From an uncultured delta proteobacterium (GTDB taxonomy: Bacteria > Myxococcota_A > Polyangia > Polyangiales > Houyiibacteriaceae), in NCBI GenBank assembly GCA_963746475.1, contig CAVVBB010000002.1, positions 78,935 through 142,934 of the forward strand: a stretch of DNA of 64,000 bases, in the 5' to 3' direction. Position numbers and translations under genes: made by a program. The notes beneath the pieces are model-generated. The model saw only the letters and a list, made by a program, of their open reading frames with translations. It was not told where the DNA came from and searched no databases. This document shows positions 40,066 to 48,905 of this stretch, in pieces (positions within the stretch are counted from its first letter, which is position 1; each line of letters begins with the position of its first letter).

Positions 40066-40757
40066 TGGAACCCCAGGTGCCGCCGCAGCGACTGGAAGAG
40101 CGCCAGGCCTTGGTCGTTGCCGAGAATGGCCTCACTGGCGCGCTCGGGATGCGGCATCATGCCGAGCACGTTGTGCGCTTCGTTGTAGACGCCCGCGATG
40201 TCGGCGACCGAGCCGTTCGGGTTGGCGTCGGAGCCGCTCGGAGCGTCGCCGCTCTGCGTACAGTAACGGAATGCGATCTGATTGTTCGACTCGAGCGCTC
40301 TCAGCGCGGCCTCGGTGCAGTGGTAGCGACCGTCGGCATGGGCGATCGGCAAACGCAGGACCCTGCCCCTGCCCATGTCCGTGAACGGTCCCTCGTTCTC
40401 GACACGCAAGTAGATGTCCCGGCACTCGAAGCGCAGGTGCGCGTTTCGTGTCAGGGCTCCGGGAAGCAAGCCCATCTCGGTCAGGATCTGAAAGCCGTTG
40501 CAGATGCCCAGAATCGGTCCGCCATTGTCCGCGAACTCCCGAACGGACTGCACGATGGGGCTGAAGCCGGCGATGGCGCCTGGCCGCAGGTAGTCTCCGT
40601 AGGAGAAGCCGCCAGGAACGATCAGGGCGTCCGCGTCACCGAGCGAGGGGTCTTTGTGGAAGGCGTACCATGCATCGGCGCCGAGCACGTCGCGTACCGC
40701 GTGCAGGGCATCCCAGTCGGCATTGGAGCCTGGAAATTGTACGACAGCGATTTTCAT
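40062..40757 (-). CDS. purQ: FGAM synthase subunit PurQ
   Basis: [25 protein letters not shown] and MMPHPER motifs; start at ATG 40757. Confidence 0.97.
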   Translation of the reverse strand: MKIAVVQFPGSNADWDALHAVRDVLGADAWYAFHKDPSLGDADALIVPGGFSYGDYLRPGAIAGFSPIVQSVREFADNGGPILGICNGFQILTEMGLLPGALTRNAHLRFECRDIYLRVENEGPFTDMGRGRVLRLPIAHADGRYHCTEAALRALESNNQIAFRYCTQSGDAPSGSDANPNGSVADIAGVYNEAHNVLGMMPHPERASEAILGNDQGLALFQSLRRHLGFQ

Positions 40758-40848
40758 CGGGATGAGGGGCGGAAAATGGCTCCGCGGCGCGCGGAGCATA
40801 CGACGCCCCGTCGTCGAGGCAACGCGGAGCTCGGCCCTGTTTACGGCT

Positions 40849-41466
40849 TCAGAGAAACTCTGGCAGGGTCCCGTGTCGCAAGTCCCCTTGCAGCCCGTCT
40901 ACTGCCGTCAGGCGCATCATGATGGTCCCGATGCAGCTCGCCTCGTCGACTGGGCCGAACGCCCTGCTGTCCTGCCCGTGCTGTGGCCGGTTGTCTCCGA
41001 GTAGGTAGACCTGACCCGGCTCGAGCTCGACAGGGCGCACCCGGAAGGTCCCCTCTGGATCGAAGAAGACTTTGTGGGGCTTTCCGCCAAAGTCTTCGGA
41101 GCCCCACCTCACCCGCTGAACGTTGTCAGTGTCCGGATTGTAGAACTCGAGGGCCCCGGCAGGGTCCACCGAGACGGGCTGCTTGTCCATCTTGAGCTCG
41201 TTGCCGAAGGACTCGATGCGCATGGCTCCGCGGCCGACTACGCGGCCGACGATGAAGCCTTCTTGCGCGGGGTTCGGACACACTGCGATCTGCCCGAGTT
41301 CGGGCGTGCCACGCTTGTTGATGAGCACGCGCTCTTTTCGGAGCAAGGTCGGCGCCATTGCGCTGTTCCCGATTTCGGCGATCTCGAAGAACAGGAGCTT
41401 GAGCGCCAGCAGGACGATGATCGCGAAGGCGATCACCCAGGACAGGCTGCTCAAGCTCTGCTTCAT
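40849..41466 (-). CDS. Signal peptidase I (S26) homologue, catalytic dyad apparently lost
   Basis: N-terminal TM; box B-like IGNSAMAPTL; box D-like FIVGRVVG; intact box E LGDNR...DSRAFGPV. Confidence 0.85.
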   Translation of the reverse strand: MKQSLSSLSWVIAFAIIVLLALKLLFFEIAEIGNSAMAPTLLRKERVLINKRGTPELGQIAVCPNPAQEGFIVGRVVGRGAMRIESFGNELKMDKQPVSVDPAGALEFYNPDTDNVQRVRWGSEDFGGKPHKVFFDPEGTFRVRPVELEPGQVYLLGDNRPQHGQDSRAFGPVDEASCIGTIMMRLTAVDGLQGDLRHGTLPEFL

Positions 41467-41497
41467 CTACACCCCACTTCGCCGCTCATTCAAAGTC

Positions 41498-42124
41498 TCA
41501 GGGCGCTGGCTTGTCAAGAAGCGCGAGCAGCTTGCGAATGACCTCGGACGGGTGTGAGGCTCGATAGACGGCGCGTTTCACTGCGATTCCGTGGGCGCCG
41601 GCGTCTCGAAGCTCTTGGACGGAGTCGGACGTGATGCCTCCCAGGGCGTACACCGGGGTCGAGATGCCCGCGATGGCCTCCCGGAAGCCGGCGAGCCCGA
41701 GAGCGCGCCCCTTGCCAGGAACCTCAAAGACCGGGCTCAGAAATGCGTAGCTGACCTCGTCCCGGTCAGAGGCCAGCAAGCCCTCACGGTCGTGGCGCGA
41801 CTGTCCGAGCCAACGAAGCTGCGGCCAGGTTTCGCGCACGCGAGCGACCGGCATGCTGTTTTCGGGCAGGTGGACGCCGTCGGCCTCGACGAGCGCTGCA
41901 ACGTCCGGTCGCTGGTTGACCACGAGCGGAGCGCCGGCTGCCCTCGTCAGCTCACGGAGCTTGCGAGCCCAGTCTACGAAGGTCGGGTCGTCCACGCTCT
42001 TGGCGCGAAGCTGAACGCCGACCTTGCCCGCAGGGCAGCCTACCAGCGCCTGCTGCACAGTATCGATTGGACCGAGAGCGTGTTCCGGGTCCGTGATGAT
42101 CCAGAGCAGTGGAAGTGCAGTCAT
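41498..42124 (-). CDS. thiE: Thiamine phosphate synthase family protein
   Basis: VQLRAK, ADGVHL, LSPVF and YALGGI motifs; follows thiG. Could be TenI-like. Confidence 0.8.
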   Translation of the reverse strand: MTALPLLWIITDPEHALGPIDTVQQALVGCPAGKVGVQLRAKSVDDPTFVDWARKLRELTRAAGAPLVVNQRPDVAALVEADGVHLPENSMPVARVRETWPQLRWLGQSRHDREGLLASDRDEVSYAFLSPVFEVPGKGRALGLAGFREAIAGISTPVYALGGITSDSVQELRDAGAHGIAVKRAVYRASHPSEVIRKLLALLDKPAP

Positions 42125-42913
42125 CTATAGGTTCTGTGAACCAATTACACCTTTTAGCGGACTCGAAGCGGTTGCGTAAAGTTTTCGCTCGATGCGACCG
42201 GCCAAGAACGCGCTGCGGCCGGCTTGGGTCGCCAGCTTCATGGCTTCGGCCATCAGAACGGGGTCCTTGGCTCCCGCGATGGCGGTGTTCATCAGTAGGC
42301 CGTCCACCCCGAGCTCCATCGCCAGAGCCGCGTCCGAGGCCGTGCCGACTCCCGCGTCCACGATGACCGGCACGCTCGCGTGCTGGACGATGATCTCGAT
42401 GTTGAACGGATTGCGCACGCCGAGCCCGCTTCCGATGGGCGCGGCGAGGGGCATCACCGCCGCGCAGCCGAGGTCTTCCAGCCGCTTGGCGGCGACCGGG
42501 TCGTCGTTGAAGTACGGCAAGACGGTGAAGCCGTCGTCCACGAGCGTCTTGGCGGCTTCCAGGGTCGCCGGCACGTCGGGGAACAGGGTCTTCGGGTCGC
42601 CGATGACTTCGAGCTTCACCAGCGCTGTGTCGAGCATCTCGCGCGCGAGACGGGCCGTGCGCACGGCGTCTTCGGCCGTGTAGCAGCCAGCCGTGTTCGG
42701 GAGCAGGGTGTAGCCGCCTTCGCGAAGCACCGACATGATGGAGCGCTCGCCGCTTCCGCCCAGATCGACCCGGCGGACCGCCACGGTGACGACCTCGCAG
42801 CCCGATGCCTCGAGCGCGCGTTCGGCCGTGTCGAGGTCCGGGTATTTCCCGGTCCCCGTGAACAAGCGTGAACGAAACTCGAACTCGCCGATCTTCAGCG
42901 CCTTATCGGACAC
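42125..42913 (-). CDS. thiG: Thiazole synthase
   Basis: [32 protein letters not shown] and [10 protein letters not shown] motifs. Confidence 0.97.
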   Translation of the reverse strand: MSDKALKIGEFEFRSRLFTGTGKYPDLDTAERALEASGCEVVTVAVRRVDLGGSGERSIMSVLREGGYTLLPNTAGCYTAEDAVRTARLAREMLDTALVKLEVIGDPKTLFPDVPATLEAAKTLVDDGFTVLPYFNDDPVAAKRLEDLGCAAVMPLAAPIGSGLGVRNPFNIEIIVQHASVPVIVDAGVGTASDAALAMELGVDGLLMNTAIAGAKDPVLMAEAMKLATQAGRSAFLAGRIERKLYATASSPLKGVIGSQNL

Positions 42914-42914
42914 T

Positions 42915-43115
42915 TCAGCCTCCTCCTACGAACTGGACTACTTCCACTCGGTCTCCCTCTGCGAGCTCGGTCGTCGCGTGCCGTGCGCGCGGGACGACGT
43001 TCTCGTTGCGCTCCACGGCCACCAGCGTATCGGCGAGCCCGAGCGTAGCGAGCAGCGCGGAAATGGTGGTGCGCTCGTCGACCTGACGTTCCTCACCATT
43101 GACCCAGAGGAGCAT
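42915..43115 (-). CDS. thiS: Sulfur carrier protein ThiS
   Basis: 66 aa; VNGE...AVERN...[13 protein letters not shown]; directly upstream of thiG. Confidence 0.95.
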   Translation of the reverse strand: MLLWVNGEERQVDERTTISALLATLGLADTLVAVERNENVVPRARHATTELAEGDRVEVVQFVGGG

Positions 43116-43222
43116 CGAGGGAGGTTAGGGCGGGGCGGCACCTGCTGCAAGGCCAGCCCTAGGTCGGCCGCGCAGCCCGGTCCCATCGACCTCGCGACGA
43201 CCTCGGTGGTACGCTCCGGCCC

Positions 43223-44050
43223 GTGAAGAGAATCGTTCAGGGGGACAATCTCGAGGTGCTGCCCAGTCTTCCCCAGGGGTTTGCACGGCTCGCGTACATC
43301 GATCCGCCGTTCAACACCGGACGGACCCAGAAGCGGGAGCGGATGCGGGTCACGGCCTCCGAGGAGGGCTCGCGTCAGGGCTTCGCCGGCCGTCGATACG
43401 CCGTCGAGAAGTGCGAGAGCCCGGCGTACGAGGATGCCTTCGACGACTACCTGGGCTTTCTGATGGAGCGCATCGAGAGTGCCCTGCCGTGCCTTACGCC
43501 GGACGCGTCCTTATTCGTGCACCTGGACTTTCGGGAGGCGCACTACGTCAAAGTCGCGCTCGACGGATTGCTGGGTCGTGAGCGGTTCATGAACGAGATC
43601 ATCTGGGCCTACGATTTCGGGGGTCGTCCCAAGCGCCGCTGGCCCGCCAAGCACGACACGCTGCTCTGGTATGTGCTCGACCCCGAACGGTACGTCTTCG
43701 ACTTCGAGGCCATGGACCGGATTCCGTACATGGCCCCAGGGCTGGTCGGAAAAGAAAAGGCCGCACGCGGAAAGACGCCCACGGATGTATGGTGGCACAC
43801 CATCGTGCCTACGAACGGCAAAGAGAAGACGGGGTATCCGACGCAGAAACCGCTCGGGGTGCTCGAACGCATCATCAAGGTGCATTCGGAGCCCGGCGAC
43901 GTGGTGCTCGACTTCTTCGCGGGCAGCGGAACCACCGGTGAGGCTGCCGCGCGTCACGGGCGCGGCTTCGTGTTGATCGACCAGCACCCCGAAGCGGTGG
44001 TCACGATGACGCGGCGGTTGCAGCGCTGGGATCCGGAGATCGTGATGTAG
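43223..44050 (+). CDS. Orphan N4/N6 DNA methyltransferase (beta class)
   Basis: YIDPPFNTG precedes YPTQKP and VLDFFAGSGTT; no adjacent endonuclease gene. Confidence 0.93.
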   Translation: MKRIVQGDNLEVLPSLPQGFARLAYIDPPFNTGRTQKRERMRVTASEEGSRQGFAGRRYAVEKCESPAYEDAFDDYLGFLMERIESALPCLTPDASLFVHLDFREAHYVKVALDGLLGRERFMNEIIWAYDFGGRPKRRWPAKHDTLLWYVLDPERYVFDFEAMDRIPYMAPGLVGKEKAARGKTPTDVWWHTIVPTNGKEKTGYPTQKPLGVLERIIKVHSEPGDVVLDFFAGSGTTGEAAARHGRGFVLIDQHPEAVVTMTRRLQRWDPEIVM

Positions 44051-44164
44051 GGCACGGTATCATGGTTTCTCACTTGAACCTTCCGGCTTGAATCCAGTAC
44101 AGCAATCGGTGTTCGGCCCTAAGCGCGAGGTTGGCGCGTGCCCCCGCGGGTGGAGAGGTTCCAG

Positions 44165-45247
44165 ATGAAGCAGCGTTTTTTCTACTGTGTCCTGTTGGCG
44201 ATGGGCTTGGCCGTGACTGGCTGCTCCGATGACCAAGCCGGGTTCGACGGCAAAGGCGGCACAGGTGGGGATGGGTTTGCGGGCGCGGGTGGCGACGATG
44301 GCTTCGGCGGCGACGACGGCTTCGGTGGTAACGACGGCTTCGGTGGTAACGACGGCATCGGTGGCAACGACGGCATCGGTGGCAACGACGGCATCGGTGG
44401 TAACGACGGCATCGGTGGCAACGACGGCATCGGTGGTAACGACGGCATCGGTGGCAACGACGGCATCGGTGGCAACGACGGCATCGGTGGCAACGACGGC
44501 ATCGGTGGCAACGACGGCTTCGGCGGTAGCGACGGCGCAGGTGGCGAAACTGGCACGGGCGGCACGGGCGGCACGCCAGGCACGGGCGGCACGCCAGGCA
44601 CGGGCGGCACGCCAGGCATGGGCGGCACGCCAGGCATGGGCGGCACGCCAGGCACGGGCGGCACGCCAGGCACGGGCGGCACGCCAGGCACGGGCGGCAC
44701 GCCAGGCACGGGCGGCACGCCAGGCACGGGCGGCACGCCAGGCATGGGCGGCACGCCAGGCATGGGCGGCACGCCAGGCACGGGCGGCACGCCAGGCATG
44801 GGCGGCACGCCAGGCACGGGCGGCACGCCAGGAACCGGGGGCACGGCTGGTGCCGGCGGTGTAGCGGGTGCCGGAGGCGCAAACGGCAACGGCTCCAGCA
44901 GCACTTGCGAGGCGTTCTGCCAGATCGACTGCATTGGTTTCCTCGGAATCTTTTCCGGCCACGACTTGCAGGACTGCGTTGCGCTCTGTGAGGAGATCTT
45001 TCCGCATCTCGATGACGAATGCGGCCCTGAGGCAGATGCGCTCATCGATTGCGTTGCTGGCGTAGACTGCGAGGCCATCGAAGCCGAGGAGTACTGCCAG
45101 GCTGAGGCGATGGATTGGCTTGAGTGCAACGGGCTGGATGACGGCTGGTCCGCGATCGAGCTGCCGTCGAGCGAGCATCAGGAGCACGCGCGCAAGCTTC
45201 TACAGCGAGCGGCAGAGCTCATCTGCGCCGAGCGCGAGCCTCGGTAA
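44165..45247 (+). CDS. Lipoprotein with long Gly-rich repeat stalk and 10-Cys C-terminal domain
   Basis: Lipobox AVTGC; GGNDGI and GGTPG(T/M) arrays; Cys domain paralogous to the next gene. Confidence 0.85.
   Translation: MKQRFFYCVLLAMGLAVTGCSDDQAGFDGKGGTGGDGFAGAGGDDGFGGDDGFGGNDGFGGNDGIGGNDGIGGNDGIGGNDGIGGNDGIGGNDGIGGNDGIGGNDGIGGNDGIGGNDGFGGSDGAGGETGTGGTGGTPGTGGTPGTGGTPGMGGTPGMGGTPGTGGTPGTGGTPGTGGTPGTGGTPGTGGTPGMGGTPGMGGTPGTGGTPGMGGTPGTGGTPGTGGTAGAGGVAGAGGANGNGSSSTCEAFCQIDCIGFLGIFSGHDLQDCVALCEEIFPHLDDECGPEADALIDCVAGVDCEAIEAEEYCQAEAMDWLECNGLDDGWSAIELPSSEHQEHARKLLQRAAELICAEREPR
44288..44521. repeat. 18-bp tandem repeat, 13 copies (GG[N/D]DG[I/F])
   Basis: Consensus GGTGGCAACGACGGCATC. Confidence 0.97.
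44567..44836. repeat. 18-bp tandem repeat, 15 copies (GGTPG[T/M])
   Basis: Consensus GGCGGCACGCCAGGCA(C/T)G. Confidence 0.97.
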
Positions 45248-45364
45248 GCCGCAGTGGAACGCGGCGTCGCCTTTCACGGCGCCTTGCTCTTTTCTTGAGT
45301 ACAGCTCCCCATTTTGGGTATTACTTACGCTGTCGGCGTTTGCCGATCAGTGGGGAGGTTTGTG

Positions 45365-45727
45365 ATGAGAGAGCGATCTGTGTTCCTTTGCCTCGTGTTG
45401 GCGGCGATGCTCACCGCGTTCGGCTGCGGGGACAGTAGCGATGGAGACGGCGGCAGCGGCGGCAATGGAGATGGCGGCGGCGGGGGCTCATCGAGCGCTT
45501 GCGAGTCGCTCTGCGGGAGCAGCTGCATCTTCGAGGAAGTCAACCCTGGCGATGACTTCGATTCATGCGTCGAGGCCTGCGAAGCGGTCTACAGCGACTG
45601 CTATTCGGAACTGGGCGAATTCGTGGATTGCTTCGAAAGCGTGGATTGCGATGAGAACGCCGCCGCGAACGCCTGTCGGAACGAAACCCTCGACTGGGTT
45701 GACTGCATCACGGGCGGTATCTTTTAG
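45365..45727 (+). CDS. Small Cys-rich lipoprotein, paralogue of the upstream gene
   Basis: Lipobox TAFGC; short Gly linker; same 10-Cys spacing ending in DWxxC. Confidence 0.82.
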   Translation: MRERSVFLCLVLAAMLTAFGCGDSSDGDGGSGGNGDGGGGGSSSACESLCGSSCIFEEVNPGDDFDSCVEACEAVYSDCYSELGEFVDCFESVDCDENAAANACRNETLDWVDCITGGIF

Positions 45728-45742
45728 GACAGTACCTTTCCT

Positions 45743-46588
45743 CTAGTCGGCTTCTTCGATTGGAACGAAGTCGACTTCGAACAAGTACGGCCAGAGCTTG
45801 CCTGTGAGCAGGAAGTGGCCGGTTTCCGGAACGAAAGCGATGCCGTTGAGCACATCTGTGCCAGCGGCATCGCTGCGTGAGAGCAAGCCGCTGGCGTCGA
45901 TGGAGGCGGTGACCTGGCCCGTCTTCGGATCGATGCGAACGATTTCGTTCCGCTGCCAGATGTTCGCGTAGACCTCCGAGCCGACACACTCGAGCTCATT
46001 GAGCCGGTAGATGGCCCGGCCGTTCTTTCGGACGTCGACCTTACGCCGTACCTCGAGGGTTTGCGGATCTCGAAATTTGAGCTGGGCGCTGCCGTCGCTG
46101 GTCACCAGCGACTCACCGTCGAAGCAAGCGCCCCAGCCTTCGCCGCCGTAGCTCAGGGTGTCTTCGTGCTCGAGCGTCTCGAGGTCCCAGCGCAGGGCTT
46201 TGCCGGAACGCCAGCTCAGCTGAATGAGCGAGTCGCCGACCAGGGCTAGGCCTTCGCCAAAGATCCGCGGGTCGAGCGACTGGAGCGCCAGGACCTCGCC
46301 GTCCTTCAAGCGCACCTTGCGTAGCGAGGACTCTCCGTACTGACCGGTGCTTTCGTAGAGGAAGCCATCGTGCCAGAGCAGGCCTTGGGTGAACGCGTCG
46401 CGCCGGTGTGGGTACTTGGCGATGATGTGCGGGCGCAGACTGGGAAGCTCGCGAGCCGCTTGTGCGGCCGGGGCCGACGGCTCGAAAGTGTCGAGCTCGA
46501 CGGGTGAGACGGTTTCCTCGAGCTCCGCTCTTCGGCACGATGCGCAAAGGCTGAGCCAGCCGCTCAGCAACAGCACGAACCACAGCAT
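45743..46588 (-). CDS. Glutaminyl-peptide cyclotransferase (bacterial/plant type)
   Basis: PHRRDAFTQGL, ESTGQYG, FGEGL, GEGWG, LNELE, VLNGIA and TGKLW motifs; start uncertain. Confidence 0.93.
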   Translation of the reverse strand: MLWFVLLLSGWLSLCASCRRAELEETVSPVELDTFEPSAPAAQAARELPSLRPHIIAKYPHRRDAFTQGLLWHDGFLYESTGQYGESSLRKVRLKDGEVLALQSLDPRIFGEGLALVGDSLIQLSWRSGKALRWDLETLEHEDTLSYGGEGWGACFDGESLVTSDGSAQLKFRDPQTLEVRRKVDVRKNGRAIYRLNELECVGSEVYANIWQRNEIVRIDPKTGQVTASIDASGLLSRSDAAGTDVLNGIAFVPETGHFLLTGKLWPYLFEVDFVPIEEAD

Positions 46589-46731
46589 GTTCGCGGACTT
46601 GCGTGGTTGTCGTCCGCTGGCTCCAGCACGCTGTCTTCGATTGCCGCCCATCGCCCGGGGCAGCCTAGTCCCCGATCGGTCAGGCGCCAATACTTGACGG
46701 GGCCCAATGGACCCATTAGCCAAATTGAACA

Positions 46732-47889
46732 GTGGGGACCCTTCCAGCGAGAACTTGGCGGCCACGAGCTCAGCTCGTCGATGGCAGCGTCCGGCCGACC
46801 CGGGCCGAGATTTCGCTCGGCGCGGTCGCACACAATCTCGCGACGGTGCGCGCCGCGCTGCCTCGGGCGACCCGCGTGCTGGCCGTCGTCAAAGCGGATG
46901 CTTACGGCCACGGCGTCGTTCCGGTCGCGCACCGCCTTCAAGCCGAAGGCGTGGATGGCTTTGGGGTGGCCCTCGCCGAGGAGGGGATCGAGCTGCGCGA
47001 AGCTGGCATCAACCGGGCCATCCTCGTGCTGAACGGGATCTACGGGCACGCGCACGAGGACATCTTGGCGGCGGGCCTGACGCCGGCGCTCTACGAAATC
47101 GGAGAGGCGGAAGCGTTTCAGCAGGTCAGCAAGGGTCGCCCCGTCGACGTACATCTGAAGGTCGACACGGGGATGGGCCGTCTGGGCGTGCCGATGGGAA
47201 AGCTGGAGGCATTCCTGGCTGCGCTGCGTCGCTATCCGGCCATCCGGATCGCAGGCCTCATGAGCCACCTCTCGACCGCGGATGAAGACCCGGAGTACGT
47301 TCGCGTGCAGCTCGCGCAGTTCAAGCGCGCCGAGGGGCTCCTACGACGCTACGGCCAGCGGCCGGCAGTGCGGCACGTGGGCAACAGCGCCGCGGTGTTT
47401 CGTCACCCGGAGGCTCACTTCGACTGGGTTCGCACCGGGATTGCTCTTTACGGCTACGCGGGCGCGGACGGTCTCTCGGCGCCCTTGAAGCCGACCATGC
47501 GCTGGCGCACGCAGATCATTCGCTTGCGTACTCTGCAGATCGGCGAGTCCGTCGGGTACGGAAGATCGTTCGTCGCGCGCACGGAGACTCACCTGGCCAC
47601 GATCCCACTGGGTTACGGAGACGGCCTGCTGCGAGCCGCGTCGAATCGTGCCGAAGTGCTGGTCCGCGGCCGGCGCTGCCGAGTGCTGGGCAATGTGTCG
47701 ATGGACCTCACCACGATCGACGTGTCGTCCGTTCCGGACGTGGCGATTGGCGATGAGGTGCTGCTGCTCGGAGAGCAGGGCGAAGCGCGGCTGGGCATCG
47801 AGGACCTCGCTCGCGCCGCACAGACCATTCCCTATGAGGTGCTGACCAACGTGTCGCGCCGCGTGCCTCGGACGTATTCGAACGACTGA
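46732..47889 (+). CDS. alr: Alanine racemase
   Basis: AVVKADAYGHG, HLKVDTGMGRLG, GYGDG, GNVSMD and TIPYEV motifs; start uncertain. Confidence 0.97.
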   Translation: MGTLPARTWRPRAQLVDGSVRPTRAEISLGAVAHNLATVRAALPRATRVLAVVKADAYGHGVVPVAHRLQAEGVDGFGVALAEEGIELREAGINRAILVLNGIYGHAHEDILAAGLTPALYEIGEAEAFQQVSKGRPVDVHLKVDTGMGRLGVPMGKLEAFLAALRRYPAIRIAGLMSHLSTADEDPEYVRVQLAQFKRAEGLLRRYGQRPAVRHVGNSAAVFRHPEAHFDWVRTGIALYGYAGADGLSAPLKPTMRWRTQIIRLRTLQIGESVGYGRSFVARTETHLATIPLGYGDGLLRAASNRAEVLVRGRRCRVLGNVSMDLTTIDVSSVPDVAIGDEVLLLGEQGEARLGIEDLARAAQTIPYEVLTNVSRRVPRTYSND

Positions 47890-48056
47890 GCACTGAGTCG
47901 CGCTGAGCCTTGCTCCGTCCGCGTCGTCCAGTACTGCGCGTCCTGCAGGTCGAGGCGCCGAGCTCAGCAAGCGATCGCGTCGGGGGGCAGATCGCGGAGC
48001 GCAGCACAGCTGGGCTTTTTGGAGATGGGGCGGGGTACCCGTGCTAGAACCCGCCT

Positions 48057-48905
48057 GTGGCGAACGCCGCTCCGACCGCTCCCTCGACGCTCCCCGCCTC
48101 GCAACGGGCCCGCGCGGCCGCACGCGCGCTCGGGGAGTGGCTGGCCACGGCGCTCCTGTCGCCCTTCGTCGAGATCGGCGTGTTGATGAAGCTCCTTTGG
48201 GAAACGCTGTTCTGGGCGGTGCGGCCTCCATACCGGGGGCGTCTCTTCATCGATGCGATGGAGTTCATCGGCATCGGCTCGATCTTCCTCGTCAGCCTGA
48301 CGGCGCTCTTCGTCGGAGGCGTGCTCGCGCTTCAGCTGGTCGACGGGTTTCGAGACTTTGGGGCCGAGAACCAGACGGGTGCGGTCATCGGGCTGGGCTT
48401 GGCGCGTGAGATCGGCCCGGTGTTTGCGGCGCTGATGGTGACCAGCCGCGCCGGAAGCGCGATGACCACCGAGCTCGGCTCGATGCGGGTCACCAATCAA
48501 ATCGATGCACTGGTCACGATGGCCGTGAACCCGGTTCAGTATCTGGTGGTGCCGCGCGTGGTCGGGGGCTTGGTGATGGTTCCCATCTTGACCATGCTCT
48601 TCAACCTCGTCGGGATGTTCGGAGCCTGGTTCGTGGCCGTGAAGCTCCTTGGGATCGACCCGGGCATCTTCCTCGACCGGATGCGCTGGCTCGTAGATTG
48701 GGCGGACCTGCGACAAGGGCTGATCAAGGCGATGGTCTTTGGCGTGGCGGTGACGCTGATCGCCTGCCGGCACGGCTTCTTCGCCGGGGGTGGCGCTGCG
48801 GGGGTCGGTCGCGCGACCAATCGCGCGGTCGTCCACAGCGCCATCGCGATCTTGATGCTCGACTACCTCGTCACGAGCATCGTCCTGGACCAGGGGTTCT
48901 TCTAG
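48057..48905 (+). CDS. mlaE: MlaE-type ABC transporter permease
   Basis: REIGPVFAALMVTSRAGSAMTTELGSMRVTNQIDAL and GVGRAT motifs. Confidence 0.93.
   Translation: MANAAPTAPSTLPASQRARAAARALGEWLATALLSPFVEIGVLMKLLWETLFWAVRPPYRGRLFIDAMEFIGIGSIFLVSLTALFVGGVLALQLVDGFRDFGAENQTGAVIGLGLAREIGPVFAALMVTSRAGSAMTTELGSMRVTNQIDALVTMAVNPVQYLVVPRVVGGLVMVPILTMLFNLVGMFGAWFVAVKLLGIDPGIFLDRMRWLVDWADLRQGLIKAMVFGVAVTLIACRHGFFAGGGAAGVGRATNRAVVHSAIAILMLDYLVTSIVLDQGFF

Noticed and set aside
37780-40757. purQ-purL without purS
   Set aside because: purS is often encoded elsewhere, so its absence from one window is uninformative.
43116-43222. Possible TPP riboswitch upstream of thiSGE
   Set aside because: No CTGAGA or ACCTGA core on the minus strand, and a -10-like hexamer sits 6 nt from the thiS start.
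44288-44836. Repeat arrays as a CRISPR array, or the alternative-frame ORFs (CRPCLA, RAARAW, PPVPGV repeats) as genes
   Set aside because: There are no unique spacers and no cas genes. Only the Gly-rich frame has a lipoprotein signal and a domain shared with the neighbouring paralogue.
45365-46588. Glutaminyl cyclase next to Cys-rich small proteins as a RiPP-like cluster
   Set aside because: The neighbours are convergent lipoproteins whose mature N-terminus is Cys rather than Gln, and no precursor peptide or transporter is evident.
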